NCBI RefSeq assembly: GCF_009914755.1
Contig: NC_060925.1
Origin: the human T2T-CHM13v2.0 reference genome, Homo sapiens
Strand: one strand, 5' to 3'
Length of the DNA stretch: 64,000 nt
The translations under genes and the position numbers were made by a program. Positions within the stretch are counted from its first letter, which is position 1. Every line of letters begins with the position of its first letter. The notes under the pieces were generated by a model, which made no database searches, had not been told where the DNA came from, and saw only the letters and a program-made list of their open reading frames with translations. This document shows, piece by piece, positions 28,189 to 43,946 of the stretch.

Positions 28189-30116
28189 TAAATTGAGGGC
28201 TGAGGCTTGGGGAGTTTCAGTAACTTGCCCAAACAGCTTGTCAGGGGCAGAAGCAGGATTTGACTCTAGGCCTAACAGATGCCTTTAACCAGTAAGCCCA
28301 TGTGTATCTTGCGTCAGCCCAAGAAGCTGTAGGATTTTTGGAGGAGTTTCTATGAAGTTGTCAGTAGGGTGATTTTTCTCCTCTGATCTTTGCCAATGGC
28401 CTCTGCACTCTGCTCAGTCCCCGCCCAGCATCTTCCCCTCCACCTTCACTCCAGTGGGCAGTTGAGCCCTTGGCAGTTCCTGCCTCTGTCCATAGCTTGA
28501 AGCCTGCCCCACTGGGCTGCTGACCCGGGGAACCACAGCAAGGAGTGGTGGAGGAGCTCGGCGTGCTGAGCCAGAGTGGGGAAAGAAATCTGGTAAATTA
28601 GGGCACGTTTGCTTTTAGGCATCAATTTAGCTGTCCCCACCCTGGCTAGCCTGGGCTTTTCTTGACAACCCTGAAATGCCTTGTGTGCCGTCATGCCCCC
28701 GCAGGTGACTGTCTGTGGCTTCTGGGTCCCAGAACAGTTGCTCTCAGGTCATGCCTTCTGCTTTCAGAGAGGTAGGCCGTCTTCAGATCCTGTATCTAAG
28801 GATGGATTAGTCATAGGCCTGGAGTGTCTAAAGAGGGAAGAGGAGTTGGAGGAAGCCCTGAAGCTCAAACTCTCACACTTGCGGACTGAGGAGGAAACTG
28901 AGATTGGAGAGAGGAGGAGCTTACGCAAGATTACTTGGCTGGGAGTTCTTTCCTCCTCCCATCTGGATGCTTGCTCCCCCGCCTCTGATGTAAAAAGCTT
29001 GAGCAGAAGAACTCTTTGCAGTCACCCGCCCCTCAAGGAACAGAAAAGGAAAATATGCAGCCTCAGTGGGTGAAGTCAGCAGATCAGTGGCAGGCTTAGA
29101 GGGGAATGAGGCGGAGGGAAGTTGCTTTGTGATTGAGAAGATAATTTCTCTGAATTAGGGATAGCCTTCAGGTGTGTTAGGCCAAGCAGCTTGCTGGGCC
29201 AAGGGAGAACATGGCCTTTAATTGAAGAGGCATCTGGACTCCTTTCAAGTGTGAAAGCTTCCCCCAGCTGGCATCGGGTGGCTTCCCGGAAGTTTCTGAG
29301 TGCTTGAGGGGCAACCTGCCGAGGTGTCAGCTCTGCGTGGAAGCCGGAGAATGGCCAGGATGCCTTTTACCCAGAGGCAGATCTGTAGGGGCCGCACCCT
29401 GACATTTGCTATTTATTTCCAAGCATAAAAGCAATCCATGTTGATTGTGAAAAATGGAAGAAAGAATAAAGATGGTAAAATCACCAGTAATTCTACCACC
29501 TACAGAGAACTACCGTTAACATTTTGGTGTTCCAGAAAATTTTTCCACACACACACATATATATAGATATATTATTTTTACATATTGAGAACATCTATAT
29601 ATACATGGTTTTATATCCTATTTTATTCACTTAACATTATAAGCATTTCCCTGTGTCAACTAAAATGATTTTGTAAGGATTTTTATGGCGGTATAATATT
29701 GGATTGTATTATTACTCATCTTTTGGGTCTCAGCTAAAATGGGCTCTCCTTAGGGGGGCCTTCCCTGAGCCCCACCCCACCTGGACCAGTTTCCTCTGGT
29801 AGACACTCAGGTTGGATCTCCTTCTCCTTCCAAGTCCACCACTCATCACCTGGGTAGCTTTCTAGTCAATGTCGCTCTTTCTGGGCTTGGTAAGTTCCCA
29901 AAGGCCAGGGACACATCTGCTTACATACCCCCATTTCCCCATGCCTGGCACAGAGCAGGCATGCCGGAAAAATTTTTGAATAAATGAATATTTGAATATC
30001 ATATTTTATTTATGCATTCTTATATCACTGGCTACTTCAATTGTTTCTGATTATTTATTGTTATGAAAAATGCTTTACTGTGTAACAAACCTGCACATGT
30101 ACCCCTTAATCTATTA

Positions 30117-30457
<341 letters not shown>

Positions 30458-31599
30458 TTAATGATTCACAATGTTCATAGGGTCAGAGCCAAGTCAGAAC
30501 CTGGGCTGTGTCACCCAGTAAATAGTGTAGGTGCTATCTAGAAAGATTGCCTTGTGAGGTTAAATATTTCCCAAGTCCCTTTACTCCAACTCTCCCTTCT
30601 CCCTCCCCAATTTTACCCACACTGCAAATCCCCCGGGGGCATTTGGCATTCTTTAGCCCACTTCCCCTTCTGGGCTGGGTTGGGCAGGACTGTATGGGCC
30701 CCAAGTCTAGTCCTTATTGCCTGGTCTCTTTCCTGAAGGCCTCGGCATCCTGAGGGTGAGGAAGCAGTGTCCCTGGGAGAGGACTTGGGGTGAGGCACAT
30801 CTTGGTTGGCCTCATTCGGCAGGTGGGGACAGACACATAGAGCAGAGAGGAAGGAAGTGGAGAGACACGGCTCCTTGGGCGGCATGAATCACTCCTTTAA
30901 CCTCAGCCTTCTTAATTCAAGCCCAGAGGGAACTATCAGCTGCCGCAGTCCAAAGAAAAGCCTGGCAGGCAGGTGGTCGTGGGGATAAGGAGAAGAAGGA
31001 GAGGCAGATGGGTGGGTCTTGGCATACACGTCCTCTTAGAAATACTGGTTTGAAGGTGGGCAGGGAGATGGGGGCAGCTGGCAAGGGGCTTCCCTGACCC
31101 CAAGGGAGAGGACATGGGGGTACCTTCTCCTGCCTTGCTCCTTACCTTGGAAGTTTATTCCCCAGCAGAACTGCAGAGAGGTGTGGGGCTGAGGGGCTGG
31201 CAACATCCATTTATCTATTTTATAAGTGTGCTTTGAGCACCTGCTATATGTCAGGCACTTGGCCAGGCCTGGGGATACACAGATGGGCAGGCTGATCTGG
31301 TCTCTACCTCTGTCTGACAGCTCAGAGTCTCTGCTGAGATGATGGATTCCCACAGACCAAGGTGGCCAAGGAGAAACTCTCACCCCACCTGTGGTGGGAG
31401 TGGGGATGGCAGGAGACTGGCAGCTGATGCCTTGCAGAGCTGGGCTGGGCAGCTGGATCCCACTCCACACTCACTCCATGCAGCTCAGGTTGTGTAGGAA
31501 AGGCTCTTTGAACTTACCTTCTTGCCTCTTGCTTCCCCTTTGAGAGAGAAGGGCAGCTGATTTGTCCCTACACCGGGCCCTGGTACAGATAGACCTACT

Positions 31600-34400
<2,801 letters not shown>

Positions 34401-34768
34401 CAGAATGGCAGATTCATGATGAGATTAAGGACCTTACCACGGGCAAGAAGGGGGCTCGGGTCTCTGCCCTCATGGAACTTATAGGCTAGCAGGGAGCGAG
34501 AGCCCATGGACATGCCAGCAAGCAGGTGGCTTTGACTGCAATTTGTGAACTCAAAGGGAGCCGTGCTGGTATTCTCTGGGGCAGGCCCTTGTTGGTTTCT
34601 CCAAAACCCCACGTCGATGTCCAGAGAGACCCACAAGGGCTTCAGTAAGGCCTTGGAGGCCTTGTGGTTCATGGTCAAGAGTTTGGATTTTTTTCTAAGT
34701 GTGCTATGAAGCCTCTGAGTGGTTTAAGCAGGGAATCACATAATTCAGATTACATTTTAAAAAGGTCA

Positions 34769-34915
34769 AAAGTCCTTGAGAAAATATTAGCAAATCAAAT
34801 CCGGTGATATAAAAAGGATAATATATCACCACCCGAAAGGGTTCATTCCATCTAGGCAAGGGTGGTTTAACATTTGAAAAAAATCAATCAGTGTAATTCA
34901 TCACACCAACATAAG
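34769..34915 (+). mobile_element. Internal L1 ORF2 (RT-domain) fragment inside an L2 remnant (~34640-35270)
   Basis: AAAATATTAGCAAATCAAATCC...GGTTTAACATTTGAAAA..TCAATCAGTGTAATTCATCAC corresponds to the L1 KILANRIQ...QGWFNI..SINVIHHIN region. Confidence 0.7.
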
Positions 34916-35902
34916 AGGGTCACTCTGCCTGCTCTGTGGAGGATGGGTTGGAGTGGGGTTACAGAGGATGTAGGGAGGCTAGTTAGGATTGGGGAGCAGC
35001 AGGCGGGGCTTGAGGCAGGCAGGGAGTGGAGGAGGCTGTGGAGATGGACAGAACTGGAAAGATTTCAGGCATGTTAGAGTTGGAACCAACTGGAAATAGG
35101 TTGAGGTGCAACGTGGGAGAAGGAATCCAATGTGACGATCCGGGCTTACGGCTTAAGCCACTGGGTGGATGGTGATGCTGTTTCTGGGGATGGGGAAGGG
35201 TGGGGAGGAAGAAGAAATTGGAGGACGATTCAGATCCTATTAGGTATCCAAATGGAAGCACTGTGATGGCAGGGTCGCTGGTGTCTTCTCTCTTACCACT
35301 CCCCAGCTCTCCTCCCCTGGTGTGGTCAGGAGGAGGGGCTCTCTCTTACCTCACACAGCCTCATAGAAGGGTCTCTTAAACACCCAGCAATCCAGACATT
35401 CCCAGGTGCCTTCAGCCACTCCAGCTGCTCTCTTTCCACCTTACTTCTCAGGAAGCCATTGCTTTCTCAGGCTGGGACCACAGCAGTAGGAACATGAGGC
35501 TTCAGGCTCCCTGAAGCTTCCAGAAGGAGACAGCAGAGTTGGGGGGCTCACTGGCTAGGCTCTTTCAGAATGTGGCACAGTGGCTTCTGGGACATTAAGG
35601 CCTCTTTTCCCTACCCCAGGCCTCTGCCTCTCCCCAGGAAGCCTTTGGAGAATCCTGGCCTCTGCATGCCTCCAGGGTCTCATTTCTTATCATTGCTGGA
35701 ATGCAGCCAGTGGTCTGCATTGTGGATTGTGTTAACTCGTGCACAGTGGTTCCCACTCTGACTGGCAACAATCAGGGTCCTCTCATAGCTGCTGTAGAGC
35801 ACTGAGTGGCCCCATTTCAGCGAATGCAGCTGAGAACCTGGTCAATCAATAAGCAGGCATCACCAAGTGTCAGATCTAGCCCAGCCCTGATGGCAGAGCA
35901 GG

Positions 35903-35957
35903 TGGGATGGGGGAGCCCCAGGGCTGGGATGGGGGAGCCCCAGGGCTGGCATGGGGG
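35903..35957. repeat. 22-bp tandem repeat, ~2.5 copies (TGGGATGGGGGAGCCCCAGGGC)
   Basis: Direct reading. Confidence 0.9.
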
Positions 35958-36345
35958 CACGCTGTGTCCCAGTCATCCTGGCCTGCTCGTGGCAGCCCCA
36001 TCAGCTCCTACATGCAGAAATCATCTCCTTTTGCCTCATGTAGGAGAGAACACTTTGCACTGCAGTTGGCAGGGTTGGTGTGGGCGGTGAGAGCCAGACC
36101 TCTCAGCTCTCACCATGCACCCTGCTCTCAGAGGCTACCAGTTTCCAGTTCTCACTTCCCCACCTCTGGGAGAGCAGGGGCTGGGACTCCAGCATGGCAA
36201 GAGCTGGTTCTCAGCTCCTTTTCTCTATTCCAACAGAACTGAGGGCTCTGAGGCACACCCACACTGCTGGAATGGTACCTCACCAGTGATTCTCTTGGGG
36301 GCAGGAGAGGGGACGGTCTGTTTGAAAAAAGCTCCTCTAACCTGG

Positions 36346-36656
<311 letters not shown>

Positions 36657-36769
36657 TAACCTGGATGTTTTTAATGATCCCCCTTTCCAAGAGACATCTT
36701 CCTCCTGCTGCTTTACAGAGACACTCTAATGAACTGAAGGGTAAGAGCAGTCTCCCCAGGCAGTCAGAC

Positions 36770-36975
36770 TGGAGTAAAAATCCTAGTTCAGGCACTTAGA
36801 GCTGTGTTGTCTTGGATAAGTTGCTTAACCTTTCTGAGCTGCTTCCATTTCCTCTTCTGTAAAGCAGGATTCGTAATACCTCCTTCCTAGGGTTGCTGTG
36901 AGGCTGGGAGATAGTGTACGTTCAAGGGCTGGCACATAGTAGGCACTCCGTAAGTGGGGCTGTTACTGTTGTTAA
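36770..36975 (+). mobile_element. MIR SINE
   Basis: TTGGATAAGTTGCTTAACCTTTCTGAGC...CTGGCACATAGTAGGCACTC. Confidence 0.8.
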
Positions 36976-37863
36976 ATAATCCAAAGTTTGTTTTTTATTT
37001 ACCACTTGATGTTATGTGACCACTGTGATCCCTGTGGGTTCCGGTCAGTGGCAAAATGATTTGCTTGCACTATGAGGGCAGGGCGTGGTACTGTCAACTC
37101 TCCTGCCCATCGTAACCAACACCTAACACGTGTCTGACTGGCACTTAGTAGGTGGCTTAATCAATGTCTGTGGAGTGAAGAAATGAGGGAATGCTCCAAT
37201 GGAGGAAGGACACCTTAGTGGGGAAGACTGAGTAAGCCAGGTTGGGAAGATGTCATTTGGATATTTTATATTCGCCTACAGAAGACAAAGGCAGGTAATG
37301 GAGAAGGAAAAGTTATTTAATTAAAACATCCCTAAGAGTTCAGAGGGTGGGGTGCACAGAGGGGTGAATGGGATCACCGGAGCTTGTACAGCAAGTTAGG
37401 GTGTGAGTATCCTGGTCTCCTGACTCTCACCTTGGCTCCCTGCTGTCCCCATGCTGCCTGTTTGTATGTGGGGAAGAGTGTTGACATGACTCTGCTTCCA
37501 GGGTGTGAATAGTTCCTCCTGATCCCCCCGTCTCCTGGAGGCCTTGTCCTGTGCAGCTCCTGGTGGGGAGCTGGCTCTGAGGGAGCTGAAGTGAGGGCTC
37601 CCCTGGGGCCTGGCAGCTCTGTAAATTGACTCTAGGGAGAAAACCGTTCAGTGTGTTTGGGGACTCAGCAGGCTGTGCCCAGCACACACACCTGCCGCAA
37701 TGCCCTGTTCTCTGTAAACACAACACCCCCACTCACCATTACGGTCCCCTGGGGCCATAACTGGGAGAGCTGATAGAGTGGCCTGGATGACAATGATGCA
37801 AACAACATTCAGAGTGGCTGTGTCAGGTCCCAGGGGCTAATAACAACTTAGAATGAGGGGTGT

Positions 37864-38220
37864 TGTCTTAGTCTGTTTTCTGTTGCTGTAACAGAATACT
37901 ACAGACTGAGTGGTTTACAAAGAAAGAAAGTTATTTGGCTCATGGTTCTGGAGGCTGGGAAGTCCAAGAGCACAGTGCTGGGGTCTGATGAGGGCCTCCT
38001 TGCTGCGTCACAGTGGAGGGCATCACATGGTGAGAGGGCAAGAACATGCCAGCTCAGATCTCTTGTCCTCTTCTTATAAAGCCACCAGTTCCACTGGGGG
38101 GACCCCTACCTTGATGACCTTATCTAACCCTAATTACCTCCCAAAGACCCCACCTCCAAATGCCATCAGCATAAGAATTTGGGGATTAAGTTTTCAACAC
38201 ATGAAATTTGGGTGACACAG
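37864..38220 (-). mobile_element. Solo MaLR LTR (MST/MLT1A-like)
   Basis: TGTCTTAGTCTG...GTTCTGGAGGCTGGGAAGTCCAAG...CTAATTACCTCCCAAAGACCCCACCTCC; similar to the LTRs at 51417 and 53420. Confidence 0.88.
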
Positions 38221-38741
38221 TCAGGTGTGAAGGCATGAAGCCCCCTCCCCCCACCCACCACCACAGTGGCTTCAGGTTCTTAGTGGGGTGTGTGTATTCA
38301 CATATGCACACCTGTGTGTGTGTGTGTGTGTTTGTGTGTGCAGGGGGTTATAGCTTTTTAATCTTTATTTGTAAGTCAAAAAATAATATTCTTGGCTTCC
38401 AGACCTTTCCTTCAGTTCTGCTTGCTCAATTCCATGCAGCCCCTGCCCCCAGTCCCTCATTCTCCATGGTCCAGACAAAAGTCTGAGCCAAACTAATCTG
38501 TTTCCTGTTTGTGCCCCACCCATTCATCCTTCTTGATGTAGAACGAAGTTCACATGTTCAAGTCAACAAGTGTTTTCTGACGGCATAAGTCTGTCCTCAA
38601 GGGCATAGATCCACAGTCAGTGTGGAGACAGACACGTTTCCAACGGCCACGGTGGCAGGAGGCCTGAGCAGGCCTGGCCCACACCCAGGCACACAGCACG
38701 AGGCCACCTCCCCGGCTTGGAAGCGCAGCGCCATACCTCCT

Positions 38742-38849
38742 TCCACCTGTACTCAACACTCACTTTCCTTGTCTCCCGGTCAGTCTCTTCTTAACCTGTC
38801 TAGGAGTTACGGAAAATGATAAAAGAAAGGGATTTGACATCAAGACTAC

Positions 38850-38860
<11 letters not shown>
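38742..38860 (+). repeat. Left arm of a local inverted duplication (partner 39920-40045)
   Basis: Hand alignment to the reverse complement of 39920-40045: about 14 mismatches plus one 6-nt indel over ~120 nt. Confidence 0.92.

Positions 38861-38890
<30 letters not shown>
38855..38890. repeat. (AC)18 microsatellite
   Basis: Direct reading. Confidence 0.95.
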
Positions 38891-38892
<2 letters not shown>

Positions 38893-39919
38893 CTGTTCCT
38901 TTCTCTTGTCTAATTTCTACTTAGTCTGTAACACTCAGCTCAGATGACACCTCCCCCAGGAAGCCTTCCTTGTTTTGCCTGCATGTTCCCACAGCTCCCT
39001 GTGTTCCCCTTTAATATAACCCTTATCAAATTGCACTGGCGTGTGAGCAATTTGAAAGTGGGGTCCAAGCCTATTCATCTCTATATCCACAGTGGTGGAT
39101 AGTTTCTGCTGTTTCAGTGTTAATGAATCACTGAATGAATGGTAATAGTAGTGACGCTTGTGTGCTTAGGATTGCTAGGCCCTGTGCTAAATACTTTATG
39201 TGGATTATCTTGCTGAAATCCTTGTGCAATTTTATGAAGAGGTCCTAATAGTATTTTATACTAATAAATTAAATAATATATCCCCATTTTCCACATGAGG
39301 GAGCCGAGGCTCAGAGAAATTAAACTACTAGGTAACAGCCACACAGCTAAGTATAGCCAGAATTGTTGAATGAATAATTGAATGCATGAATGAAAAGATC
39401 TGTACTTGAGCCTTGACTCCAGTGCTTGCTGCTGGGTGACCTTGAGGAAATCACTTACCTCTGCGGGTCTCAGTTTATAGGATGGGCGCCATTCCAATCC
39501 CCACTGCGGAGCTGTCTGTGAGGCAGTGCTCTTGGAACAGGAGGGAGAATGGCTTCATTGTTCAGGGGCGAGTTGGCTCTGAGTGTGCCTGTGGAGGGGG
39601 TGCCCTGACAGGAAGAGTAGGGCCTGGAGAATGTCCCCTCCCTGTCTGTGCAGACTTCAGCTGTGGGAGAGACACCGACTCACACTCACCTCCTGTGCAG
39701 AGGCCCCAGAGCCACCTCATCCTCAACGGGTTCAAGCCCAGTGCCAGTGTGCAATTCAACTGCTGTGGGTTCCCTCCCAGCCATCCCCAAGGCATGGCTC
39801 CCTACCTTATGTGCCCAGGAGTTTGAATTCAGTCCAGTCAAGGCTGGAAGAAAAAATGTTCAAAGGAGGAGAATAAAGGACAGGAGAGCCCCTCACCCCC
39901 CACCAGACTTATAAACCAA

Positions 39920-40045
39920 TGTGTATAAGAGGTGGCTTTGATGTCAAATCCCTTTCTTTTATCATTCTCCACAACTCCAAGGCCTAGAGAGGTTAAGAAG
40001 AGACTGGCCAGGGGACGAGAAAAGTGAGTGTTGAGTCCAGGTGGA
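39920..40045 (-). repeat. Right arm of a local inverted duplication (partner 38742-38860)
   Basis: Shared blocks ACTCAACACTCACTTT, CAGTCTCTTCTTAACCT and AATGATAAAAGAAAGGGATTTGACATCAA in opposite orientation. Confidence 0.92.
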
Positions 40046-40886
40046 GTGAAGTGATCCCCTAATCTGCCCAGCACAGGGGAGACTTGGGGCTGGGAAACAG
40101 GATGCCTGAACTCTGGGCCTGGGCTGCCATGGTGCCCACTTGGAGGCCACCTTCCCCGCTGACCTGCACCCTTGTTAGTAAATGGGAATGGCAGCTCAGC
40201 CTGACTTCTCAGGGTTGCTGAGGCAGGTCCGGCCGCCTGTAAGGATCCGGTGAGTGGTGTGTGCAGGGGCTGACAGAAGGGAAGGGGCGCTGAGAGGCAC
40301 AGAATCCTGAATGCAGCCTGGAGGGACACAACACAGCTTGGGCTTTGGAGTCTGGCTGGCTGAGCCAGTCTCCCAGTCCCAGCTCTGCCACCTGCTTGCT
40401 GTGTGCCCGAGGCTGTTCTCTCTGAGCCTGGGCTTCTACCTCGGTGAAGTGGAACTAGTATTATATGCCTCACAGGACTGTGGGGAGAACCAATGTGTAG
40501 CCACCATCTCTCTCCAGTTTCAGGGGCTCATTCCTCTTTTCCTGCTGTTTGGTGGGAGGGAGGAGGATGGATGGATAGTGGCGGGTGTGTCTGTCTGTCT
40601 CTGTTGCGGTTGGGGTGGACAGTGTGGCCTGAGGAGTTCCTTTACAAGCCTGCCAAGGCCTGAATTTGGCAAACCCGGCCTTGGGGAAGCGGCTGTGGCA
40701 GGGCAGGGAGGTGTATAAAGCCCTGCACTCAGGTCAGAGTGTGTTCTGCCACTGCTCTGGGTATGGTGCCCGGGGCATCTGCCTCTGAAATGTCGGATGG
40801 GCACCTCCCTTCCTCCTTCCAGCTCCTCTGGGAGCCCAGGGGCTGCCTGGCACTAGAAGTTCTCAAGGAAGGAAGACTTGCAGTCT

Positions 40887-40981
40887 GGTGGGGGAGGGGT
40901 GCCTACATGTTGGGCATCTCCTCAGTGTCAGGGGTGGGGGAGGGGCCTACATGTTGGGCATCTCCTCAATGTCAGGGGTGG
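40887..40981. repeat. ~44-bp tandem duplication (GCCTACATGTTGGGCATCTCCTCARTGTCAGGGGTGG)
   Basis: GCCTAC at 40901 and 40945; near-identical copies. Confidence 0.92.
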
Positions 40982-41115
40982 CACTGCGTGACTTCTTTGG
41001 TAGCAGAGTTAATTTTATTTAGTCTTGCAAGGCTGGTATCAACATCACTTTACTTCCCTTCGCCACTGTCTTCAGGGAGTTTCTAGGCTGAGGGCAAGAC
41101 AGAATATAAGATCTT

Positions 41116-41422
41116 GGCCAGGCATGGTGGCTCATGCCTGTAATCCCAATACTTTCGGAGGCCAAGGTGGGAGGATTGCCTGAACCCAGGAGTTTGAGAC
41201 CACTTGGGCAACATAGGGAGTCCCTGTCTCTAAAAATAATTTTAAAAATTAGCCAGATGTGGTGGTGTGATCCTGTGGTCCCAGCTACTTGAGAAAGTGA
41301 GGCAGGAGGATCGCCTGAGCCTGGGAGGTTGAGGCTACGGTGGGCCATGAGTGCCACTGCATTCCAGGCTGGGTGACAGAATGAAAGCCTGTCTCAAAAA
41401 AAAAAAAAAAAGAGAAAGAGAG
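41116..41422 (+). mobile_element. AluJ-like
   Basis: Alu body; TSD AGAATAYAAGATCTT. Confidence 0.95.
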
Positions 41423-42297
41423 AGAATACAAGATCTTGCAGATAACAGAGAAATCAGCACTGGCCAAGCTAAAAGGTCTGAGATTTCTGAGATGGAGAGT
41501 GCTGTGGGCACGAGCCAGGCCCGGTCTGGCCTGCTGCCTGGGTTCCTGTCGGTCCTGCCGGCTTTCTCTCGGCCTGAGTCTGCTGCCTCAATCACAAGTG
41601 CAGGGGAGCTACCTCAGGAGGTGTTGCTAGCATCATGGCAGCAGAAGTAATCCCACATGGTCCACAGAGGTGAGAATGGTGGAGATGGGCTGGAGAAGCA
41701 GCCCAGTAGGCCCCAGGAGTGAGGCATGATGAAGGGCCCAGGGAGACCCTCTCTGCCACCATTCCATAGGTAGAGTGCTTCACGCAAAGAGCACCAGGCC
41801 CAGAGGCAGAGGAGACTGGGTTCAGTCTCAGCTTAAACACTAACCATCCAAGTTGTAGCCGTAGGCAGGCACTGAACCTTCCTGGACCTCAATTTTCCCA
41901 CCTGTAAAGTGGCAACCACAGAACCTGCTCTTCTTCGCTCACAAGCTGGGGTGTGCATTGGGTAGGATCGTTGGTTTCGTTGGTTTGGAAGTGCTCTGCC
42001 AGGGGTGTTGTGATGGACTGCTATCATTTTGCTGAGGCAGGGAGCCTCTTTGCCCTCTCTTCTCCCATCCTGGTTCCTGGCCTTTTTTTTCCTCGTATCG
42101 GGGGAGGTGGCTATCCATTAAGAGAAACTGGTCACTCTGGTGAATCTGTGACGGACCCTGCAGGGATTTGTGTTCCTATTTCCTTCATGATCCAAAACAA
42201 TGCCTTTCTTTTTCTGGGCTTCCTCAATCACTCTCTTCCCCAAACAAGGTTGGAGAGAGCTCCTTTTGTGCCCGATATTGGGCCGAGTGCCACTGGG

Positions 42298-42460
42298 CCT
42301 TGCTACTCAAAGCGTGGTCAGGGACCAGCAGCCTTGGCATCTCCTGGGAGCTTGTTAGAAATGCAGAGTCTCAGTCCCCAGCCCAGATTGTCTGACTCAT
42401 CATCTGCATTTTAAAAGGACCCCAGACGATTCATATGCACATTACAGTTTGAGAAGCTCA
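42298..42460 (+). mobile_element. MER5A-type hAT-Charlie MITE
   Basis: CTCAAAGCGTGGTC..GGACCAGCAGC...TGGGAGCTTGTTAGAAATGCAGA...TCTGCATTTTAA...AGTTTGAGAAGC. Confidence 0.85.
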
Positions 42461-42671
42461 GACAATGAAGGATACTGGGGAATATAAAACCACAGTCCCT
42501 GTCCTCAGTTTCTTCACAGCCTCATGGGAATGGCAGTGCATGAAATACAAAATTGACTTTAAAATCTACTCTTATAGTAATTTAGAAAGCTGGATTTGCT
42601 CACTCCACAATGTATAAATGTTTTGAAACATTACGTTGTACCCCATAAATATATACAATTAATGTTTTTCA

Positions 42672-43000
<329 letters not shown>

Positions 43001-43268
43001 CACAAATACATGCTTTGGAGGCAGCTGGCCTAGGTTGCAATGACAATTCTGGCCACTAGCTGTATGACCTTGGGCAAGTTGCCCAGTCTCACCTGTGGAG
43101 ATGGATCCCTTCCTCCTAGGATGAAGAGCAGAGGAGGGCTGTATGTGAAAGCTCAATGCTAAATGGTAGCTCCAACATCACGGGCGGAGCAATCGGCTCC
43201 ATCTTATGGATGAGGAACCTAATGTTCTGAGAGGTGATGTGATTCGCTAACAGCAGGTCTGAGTCTGA

Positions 43269-43946
<678 letters not shown>

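Noticed and set aside
39838-40473. 211-aa minus ORF, and the other long intronic ORFs at 46244-46828, 47454-48074 and 24517-25050
   Set aside because: No recognisable domain or exon structure; consistent with chance in GC-rich DNA.
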